A stretch of DNA of 58,636 nucleotides from the NCBI GenBank assembly GCA_046582655.1, contig JAYGDX010000148.1, positions 1 to 58,636 on the forward strand. Direction: 5' to 3'. The notes below the pieces were generated by a model. That model was not told the DNA's origin, ran no database searches, and was given only the letters and a program-made list of their open reading frames with translations. Made by a program: the position numbers and the translations under genes. Position 1 is the first letter of the stretch; each line of letters begins with the position of its first letter. This document shows, piece after piece, positions 52,392-58,636 of the stretch. The DNA comes from Candidatus Poribacteria bacterium. Its GTDB lineage: Bacteria > Poribacteria > WGA-4E > UBA9662.

Positions 52392-53246
52392 ATGGCAAAG
52401 AATTGGGTAATTTTCCGGTATATTACATTGGCCTTGTTGACAGGTGTGACTGGTTGCGCTTTTTTTCAAGACGCTACAGTAGCACCAAATGAAACACCAT
52501 TTTTTGATAGTATCAGTCCAATTGCCGTCCTTCCGAACCAACCTTATTATACGGAGCAGGACATATATCTGATTGCCCAGGCCACGGATCCCGATGATGA
52601 TACATTGACTTATGAATGGCAGATCACTGAGGTCAAAGAAAAAGAGATAGATGGTGAAAAAGACACATCAGAAATAGAGACGGACGTCAGCGAGATGATA
52701 GTCGACGTTGCCCGCGGCGGCGCGCAAATTCGCTTTTCCTCACCTCGCGTTGGAAATTATCTTGCCAAAGTAACTGTTACAGACGAGGCAGGACATGCCA
52801 TCTCTGAGACTGCCTTGGTTAAAGTAACCTCCGCTAACCATCCGCCAGTTTTTAACCTCGAAAGATCAGTCGTAATTAAGCCTGAACCTCCATATTTTAT
52901 CGGTCAGGAAATTGTCTTTGTTGCTAATGTCAATGATGTTGATGCTGTGGATGCTTTGACCTATGATTGGAAAATAACGAACCAACGGAACAAACCGGTT
53001 GAAGAAGGTCTGATGGTTAGTGATAACGGGGTTTGGATCCAATTTCAAACTGACAGACGTGGCAGTTATGTTGCCAGTGTAACCGTTGATGACGGTAGAG
53101 GTGGAAAGGCCCATTCCTTTGCTATTTTCGTTGTTGAAGAGAAAACCGATGTTCCAGCAGGCAATGGAGATGTAGAAGAACCGGAAGAGGAAGAAGAGGA
53201 AGAAGAGGAACTGGAAGAGGAAGAAGAGGAAGAAGAGGAAGAGTAA
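52392..53246 (+). CDS. Lipoprotein with two Ig/PKD-like domains and a poly-Glu tail
   Basis: Lipobox VTGC; repeats ATDPDDDTLTYEW..G.Y...VTVTD and VNDVDAVDALTYDW..GSY...VTVDDGRGG; ends in a run of over 20 Glu. Confidence 0.8.
   Translation: MAKNWVIFRYITLALLTGVTGCAFFQDATVAPNETPFFDSISPIAVLPNQPYYTEQDIYLIAQATDPDDDTLTYEWQITEVKEKEIDGEKDTSEIETDVSEMIVDVARGGAQIRFSSPRVGNYLAKVTVTDEAGHAISETALVKVTSANHPPVFNLERSVVIKPEPPYFIGQEIVFVANVNDVDAVDALTYDWKITNQRNKPVEEGLMVSDNGVWIQFQTDRRGSYVASVTVDDGRGGKAHSFAIFVVEEKTDVPAGNGDVEEPEEEEEEEEELEEEEEEEEEE
53176..53243 (+). repeat. GAA/GAG low-complexity tract encoding poly-glutamate
   Basis: GAAGAGGAAGAAGAGGAAGAAGAG units, translating EEPEEEEEEEEELEEEEEEEEEE. Confidence 0.9.
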
Positions 53247-53315
53247 GGGTTTTGATGTTTTTTTGTTGGCTTTTGGGTAGCTACCTAAGATCAATTTGGT
53301 GAAAAAATTAAGGCA

Positions 53316-54824
53316 GTGGATAACTCGACTCTAGGACACATAGCTAAAACGATTCGAAATGACGAGCACGGACTGTCGTTAATTTCGACGTTGTGGATAT
53401 TAACGATCCTCTCCGTTCTGGCAACGCAATTTTTATATTCAATCCGGCTTGAAGGACGAAGACAAGCCAATTTTGTAGACAGGACCAAGTTCCACTATGC
53501 CGCCAAAGCAGGGTTTGAGAATGCGATTGCCACCTTACGTGCTGATGAGACGCCTTTTGATTCGCTCGGTGAGCAATGGGCAAGCGGAATTGAGGATCAG
53601 ATAGAGGATGGTATGATGATTGGGAACATGCTTGATTACCAAGTTGAGATCATTGATGAAGGTTCAAAAATTAATATCAATACCGCAGATTCAGGCACCA
53701 TTGCTAACCTGATCAACAGTAGCGGTTTGTTAACAACACCCATTTCCGGAGAAGTTGATACGGCCGAAGAAAGCCAGCAACTGATTGCACAGTCGATTAT
53801 TGATGCGCGTCCATTTCGTACTGTTCGCGATCTTGCTCGCGTTGAAGGTATGACTGAAATGCTGCTTTATGGGCAACCCCAGCAATCCCAAAGTGTGAAC
53901 ACAGCACAGCTATCTGATTTTGGACTGATGGACCAAGGAGAGGATGAGTCAGCACAGTCATTACCGGGATTGGTTGATCTAGTGACAATCTACTCAATTG
54001 ACAAAAATACTGACGCTAGTGGTCAGGCACGCATCAACATTAATTCTGCCAATCAACAGCAGTTAACGCAGCTGACTGGAAATAATAACCAACAAGTGTT
54101 TACCAACGATGAAGCCCAAGCGCTAATCCAAGGACGAAATTATGACGGTATTGGCAATTTGCTTGATGCACAAGCTGTTTCGGATGAAACCTTTGATGAC
54201 ATTAGAGATGAAATCAGCGTAGACAGTAGTGATGGCAATGACGATGAGGAGATGGTCAATATCAACACTGGAGATCAACAGAGTTTAACGTCACTTGACG
54301 GCATTGATCAAGGCATTGCGGAACGGATTATCGATCACCGCAACCAGAATGGGGAGTTTGAAAATGTAGATGATATTAAAGAGGTCAAACTGATCACAAC
54401 TGACGATTTCAGAAATATCGTTGATAAAATCACTATATCTGATGAGGAAACGCTTTCAGGTTTGATCAATATCAATACCGCTCCATTGGAAATTCTGCAG
54501 ATCTTGCCTGGTATGGATGCAACCAAAGCGCAAGCAATTGTCACCTACCGCGAATCAGAGCCTGAGGGCAGTCAGCAGAGTCAAACTGCGGACCAGACCG
54601 AGATACAGGGTAACCCGTTTGAAAACATTGCCGATGTGCTTGATGCTGAAGGTATTGACACGGACACATTCAAAGAAATTGCTGGCCGTATCACCTATCG
54701 TTCACATGGATATATGATCAAATCTTCTGGCATAGATTCACGAGGCCGAACAATTGCTTCTTGCGTTGGCGCAATTGACCGAACGGGAGATCAAGTTCAG
54801 ATCAAATATTGGAAACAGGAGTAA
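53316..54824 (+). CDS. gspK: GspK-like tip pseudopilin with expanded helix-hairpin-helix repeats
   Basis: G|LSLISTLWIL, AKAG, IIDEGSKININTA; further units RININSA, MVNINTG..LDGI..GIAERIIDHR..NGEFENVDDIKEV and LININTAP..LPGM..KAQAIVTYR. Confidence 0.82.
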   Translation: MDNSTLGHIAKTIRNDEHGLSLISTLWILTILSVLATQFLYSIRLEGRRQANFVDRTKFHYAAKAGFENAIATLRADETPFDSLGEQWASGIEDQIEDGMMIGNMLDYQVEIIDEGSKININTADSGTIANLINSSGLLTTPISGEVDTAEESQQLIAQSIIDARPFRTVRDLARVEGMTEMLLYGQPQQSQSVNTAQLSDFGLMDQGEDESAQSLPGLVDLVTIYSIDKNTDASGQARININSANQQQLTQLTGNNNQQVFTNDEAQALIQGRNYDGIGNLLDAQAVSDETFDDIRDEISVDSSDGNDDEEMVNINTGDQQSLTSLDGIDQGIAERIIDHRNQNGEFENVDDIKEVKLITTDDFRNIVDKITISDEETLSGLININTAPLEILQILPGMDATKAQAIVTYRESEPEGSQQSQTADQTEIQGNPFENIADVLDAEGIDTDTFKEIAGRITYRSHGYMIKSSGIDSRGRTIASCVGAIDRTGDQVQIKYWKQE

Positions 54825-54829
54825 GACAA

Positions 54830-56896
54830 ATGGCAAAAAATCAGGTAATTTCAATTGATATTGGTACCGACGCAATCAAAATGGTGCAACTGGAGAAGAC
54901 TGCGGATGGAATACGACTTATTGACGCCAGGATTGAAAGCTATCCAGACCGACAGGGAGAAACTGTTGAGCACCAAGCGGTCAATGTCAATAATGTGACA
55001 GAATCATTACTAAAAGTTTGGAAAAAGGTTGGCAGGAAATATCCCGTTGTGGTCTCAGTTCCAAGATTACTCATCACAACCCGACGTTTACCGAACCTGC
55101 CGCAGACAAATGAGGATGAGCAACTTACAGCGATGGTGGCTATGCAAGCTGAGACAGAACTCCCGTTTCGTCCTGAGGATGCTGTCTACGATTTTCATGA
55201 TATTCGTCAGATAGAAAATGGAGTTTCTGTCGAAATAGTAGCAGCTAAGCGAGATGCCGTTCAGGGTTTAATCGACTGTTTAAAACCACTGAATGTTATA
55301 CCAAGCTTTATGTTGCCTTCGGCCTTCGGTACCGCGGTGTTAGCAGGTCAGCAATTAGAGAAAACGCAACCGGATCAATTGACCATGATTGCTGATATCG
55401 GTGCCGGGCGGACGGATCTTTGCGTGGTGCGGGGAAACTACTTGGAGTTCTCTCGAAGTTTCCCTTTTGGAGGCGATCAATTAACGGATTTATATCGAAG
55501 TAACGATGAAACCTCCTTCTCAGAAGCGGAAGCGCACAAGATACAACAGGCCGGGCTCGACGACCAGTCCGAGTCACCTGTTGACGAATGGGCTGAACGG
55601 CTGGTTACGGAACTTGATCGCTCCATCAGTGCCGTGCAGAAAACCATTGGGGTTGAAGGAAATCAGGTGGCCGAGATTTTGCTGTCTGGCGGGAGTTCCC
55701 GTATCCCGGGTTTGACTGACTATATTTCAGGTCGGCTGGGAATTCCAACGCAGATATGGAGACTCAGCGAGACTTGGCAATACGTGGATTCAACGGCCGC
55801 TCTTGATGTTGATCTCGACGACCGATTGGCAGTTGCACTCGGTCAGGGCATTAACTCACTTACCGGTCACATTGGGCTTGATCTACTACCGAAGGAGGAA
55901 AAAGCCAAAATCTCCAAGGCAGACCAACAGCGACGTCTGGTTGCCTCGGCAGCGGCTGGTATTATCTTGGTTGTTGGGCTCGGCATCGGTATCACCACCT
56001 GGGGCGGATCCCAAAAAGCCAAGATCAATGAGATTGACCAGCAGATTCGTCAACTGCGCCCAGCGGAATCGAAAGCAAAAAAAGATCTTACTAGGGAACT
56101 TGCCATTGCCAATCTGCTGGCACCGCGTCTGTCTTCACTCGACATTCTGCGTGAGTTCAGCACCCGTTTTGCTGATCGAACAAAGGTTGCCTTAACAACT
56201 TTCAGTTTAACTCGGCTTGATGAACCGGATAAGGCCAAAATCACCTTTAATGTGGAGGCTAACTCACACCAGAATATCAGTCAATTGATTAGTGCGATGA
56301 AACAATCGGGGTTGTTTCAAGGAATTAAACAGGGACAGGTAACGGCGGCTGAACGCAGTAGACGCTCCATTTTCCAGGTACAGATCACCTGTAACCTTGC
56401 TCCCAATGCGATTCAGATGTTCACTGAAAGCCGATACATTAATCCCACGTTGGTAATTAATCCATCGGCAGGTACTGTTGAAGATGATGATGAGAATGCT
56501 TCCAGTCAATTTCAACAGGATCGAGGTGAAGAGTGGCGTCGAAGTTCTGAAAATCAGGAGTGGGAAGATGAGGATGAAGATGGGGATGAGGATGTTGAGA
56601 CTTCGAAAAGCTCGTTTGAATCCGAATCCTCCAAAAAGAGGTCGGAGGATTCCGGAAGCGGTAATAAGAGGGACAGAGAACTTGACGAAGGCAAAGGCTC
56701 AGAATCCAGTGAAAAGGAAGAATGGTCAGATCGAGACGATTATGCCAAATATGTCTTACCTTCAAAAGAAGAATACGACCAAATGTCTCCAGATGAACAA
56801 GGGGAGGTAAGAGAAGCCAAAGGGGCAATATATGGCAAAGGCGATTCTGGTGACGGGCGCAGCGACGATGCAACCAGCGATAGCAAGGAAGAATAA
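54830..56896 (+). CDS. PilM/GspL actin-like domain fused to a PilN-like periplasmic part, with an acidic disordered tail
   Basis: ISIDIGTDAIKMV, LPF, ADIGAGRT, SRSFPFGG, LLSGGSSRIPGL, ALG, DLLP, TM helix, then ~140 aa D/E/S-rich tail. Confidence 0.82.
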   Translation: MAKNQVISIDIGTDAIKMVQLEKTADGIRLIDARIESYPDRQGETVEHQAVNVNNVTESLLKVWKKVGRKYPVVVSVPRLLITTRRLPNLPQTNEDEQLTAMVAMQAETELPFRPEDAVYDFHDIRQIENGVSVEIVAAKRDAVQGLIDCLKPLNVIPSFMLPSAFGTAVLAGQQLEKTQPDQLTMIADIGAGRTDLCVVRGNYLEFSRSFPFGGDQLTDLYRSNDETSFSEAEAHKIQQAGLDDQSESPVDEWAERLVTELDRSISAVQKTIGVEGNQVAEILLSGGSSRIPGLTDYISGRLGIPTQIWRLSETWQYVDSTAALDVDLDDRLAVALGQGINSLTGHIGLDLLPKEEKAKISKADQQRRLVASAAAGIILVVGLGIGITTWGGSQKAKINEIDQQIRQLRPAESKAKKDLTRELAIANLLAPRLSSLDILREFSTRFADRTKVALTTFSLTRLDEPDKAKITFNVEANSHQNISQLISAMKQSGLFQGIKQGQVTAAERSRRSIFQVQITCNLAPNAIQMFTESRYINPTLVINPSAGTVEDDDENASSQFQQDRGEEWRRSSENQEWEDEDEDGDEDVETSKSSFESESSKKRSEDSGSGNKRDRELDEGKGSESSEKEEWSDRDDYAKYVLPSKEEYDQMSPDEQGEVREAKGAIYGKGDSGDGRSDDATSDSKEE

Positions 56897-57017
56897 TTAT
56901 GGGCGAAGCGGCGTTAATTAGTGGTGAGATGATACGGCAAATGGTATCTGAATAGCAAGAAGAACTTAATATTTAAAGTATCTGTTTGAAATAGGAATTG
57001 GTGGCACAGGGAAAGTA

Positions 57018-58460
57018 ATGAGAAAGTTAAGTCAGCGAGAGAAAGTTTTGCTTGGGATAGTGGCGGCTTTGGCGGCAGGTATTTTTGTCTGGCAGATTAT
57101 TGGTGGTGAGGGTGGATTGAGTTTAGAGTTGAGCGGCCTCAAGACAAAAAAGAACCAGCTTGACACTGTCAAAGTTGTCATTGACCTATCCAAAAAAACG
57201 ACTGCTATTGATCAACACATTTGGCACCAAACTGGACTTAATGGACGAATAATTTCAGATTCTTTACTGAGTGAGATTCGACAGAGGGATTTGTTTGACA
57301 GTATTAATGATGCCAGGCGGCAATCAGACGTTGCAGCGCTTCATCCTGCACTCAAAGACAAGGCTGATTTGTTGATGGCTTATCGTAGAAAGATTGGCGG
57401 TAGGTTTGAAGATCTAGATCAGCTAAAAGAGATTGAAGGTCGAATCTTTACCGGTGAACAACCGGAAGTGGTGATTGCAGGCCGGATTTCAGAGCTAGCC
57501 AAGGGGGCTGGGCTGAAGCCGAACTATCAGCTCAATATCAAGCCTCAACCTGGCCAGAAATCGGAGAGGATTTCTGCGCAAGCCAAGGAGATTCTGGTTT
57601 CCCAACTGTATATTGGCGCATCCGGTGAAGAATTGGCCGAACTGCGAGAAGAACAGCAGCAGATCGAAGAAGAAGCGGAAACTGCCATGAATTCAATTTA
57701 CGATATCTGGGGTTTTGGCGGTAATGAAACAGATGATTACCAAGAAGATGAAGGTGGTTCCGAAGATTTGTCTGGTAGAAAGCAGCAGGAAGTTAATGGG
57801 GATTCAGATATATCGAACACAACTGATGAATATGGCCAACAGAATGGTCCAACAGATCAGCAAAGAAAAGAGGACGAGACTATCCGACTGCCGGCCACTA
57901 TACCTTTGACTGTACGGATTCAGTTGCTTGAGTTCATGCAGGAACAGATTGAATTACAGATTTTGGGCATAGCCAAATCCAGAAAAGGATTTTTTGCCGA
58001 GCAAATTGAGGTTGCCAATCCCACTAAAAAATCTGGAATATTTACCAAGAAATCTGATGCTGATACACCGGTACTCAAACGAGATACGCCACTGTTGATA
58101 AAATTTGACCAGCTGATAGACAATTATCAGCAAGACAGTGAGTATAACAATGAGTCAGGTGAAGTCGAACCACTCGACTACGGTGAAATGGTGAATGGGC
58201 TGACCGTTTATGCAGATAGAACTCGTCAACGAAAAGAGAATCTGAGTAAGTCGTTGGCAAAAGTTGCCTTGACCTATCAACCACAAGTTTATTTTATTGA
58301 AATGAATATCAGGAGTGGAATTGATCAAGTAGGAAAATTCATCTATGCGATTGAGGATTCGTCCAAATGGATCCACGTTAAAGGTTTGAAAATTAATATT
58401 GCCGATAAGAATAAACGTACTTTAGGTATTAACCTATCATTGGCAGCAAAGATTTTATAA
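57018..58460 (+). CDS. GspM/PilO-like inner membrane protein with large insertions
   Basis: LSQREKVLL plus TM helix (GspM-type N-terminus); C-terminal QVGKFIYAIEDSSKWIHVKGLKI (PilO/GspM-type). Confidence 0.65.
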   Translation: MRKLSQREKVLLGIVAALAAGIFVWQIIGGEGGLSLELSGLKTKKNQLDTVKVVIDLSKKTTAIDQHIWHQTGLNGRIISDSLLSEIRQRDLFDSINDARRQSDVAALHPALKDKADLLMAYRRKIGGRFEDLDQLKEIEGRIFTGEQPEVVIAGRISELAKGAGLKPNYQLNIKPQPGQKSERISAQAKEILVSQLYIGASGEELAELREEQQQIEEEAETAMNSIYDIWGFGGNETDDYQEDEGGSEDLSGRKQQEVNGDSDISNTTDEYGQQNGPTDQQRKEDETIRLPATIPLTVRIQLLEFMQEQIELQILGIAKSRKGFFAEQIEVANPTKKSGIFTKKSDADTPVLKRDTPLLIKFDQLIDNYQQDSEYNNESGEVEPLDYGEMVNGLTVYADRTRQRKENLSKSLAKVALTYQPQVYFIEMNIRSGIDQVGKFIYAIEDSSKWIHVKGLKINIADKNKRTLGINLSLAAKIL

Positions 58461-58498
58461 TCATACATATAAAGGTATTAAGGTCTTGTGGAGTAAAA

Positions 58499-58636
58499 AT
58501 GAAAACCCGTTTTTTCAGTTGTATTTTCACCGTAATAATTTTCAATTGTGTTCCCTTGATGTCGTTTTCTCAGGGTCGGGGAGGCAATGGTGGAACGATG
58601 GAAGTTTCAGAGCGCAATGAGGCTGGACAGGCAGTT
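58499..58636 (+). CDS. N-terminus of an exported protein, truncated by the window end (possibly the next secretion component)
   Basis: GGAG RBS then MKTRFFSCIFTVIIFNCVPLMSFSQGRGG..., open to the edge. Confidence 0.55.
   Translation, partial: MKTRFFSCIFTVIIFNCVPLMSFSQGRGGNGGTMEVSERNEAGQAV

Noticed and set aside
52866..53294. Phe/Leu-rich minus-strand ORF
   Set aside because: Reverse complement of the poly-Glu tract.
46862..58636. Classical retractile type IVa pilus
   Set aside because: The major pilin has the GspG signature and the H-I-J-K set is present; no pilT in the window.

Overview
Bacterial chromosomal window of moderate GC, most consistent with marine Candidatus Poribacteria. That assignment is inferred from gene content: a LamG protein with a C-terminal V-x-P-x-x-KL-x-x-x-WG-x-IK motif, PhyH dioxygenases, a DUF6785-type membrane protein and many sugar oxidoreductases/isomerases. 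Four blocks: (1) 1-17.5 kb, a sugar-catabolic region with a family-5 ABC importer. (2) 17.7-33.7 kb, a decaying accessory region with at least 7 pseudogenes, a GH5 endoglucanase, a sterol-desaturase-like gene, typA, a MITE and three copies of a degenerate 120-195 bp promoter-carrying repeat. (3) 33.8-46.6 kb, housekeeping and Fe-S genes (ddl, DUF1611, ychF, YCF48-like propeller, two SufR-like regulators, ferredoxin, nfuA, a sigma-70 factor) plus a dead IS982-like element. (4) 46.9 kb to the end, an atypical type II secretion/pilus operon: gspE-F-G-H-I-J, an Ig-domain poly-Glu lipoprotein, a GspK with four helix-hairpin-helix (HhH) units, a PilM-PilN fusion and a PilO/GspM-like protein with an apparent ComEA-like HhH insert. 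The best candidates for an undescribed system are this HhH-decorated secretion machine and the repeated promoter element. No rRNA, tRNA or CRISPR array was seen. All calls are by eye, without database searches.
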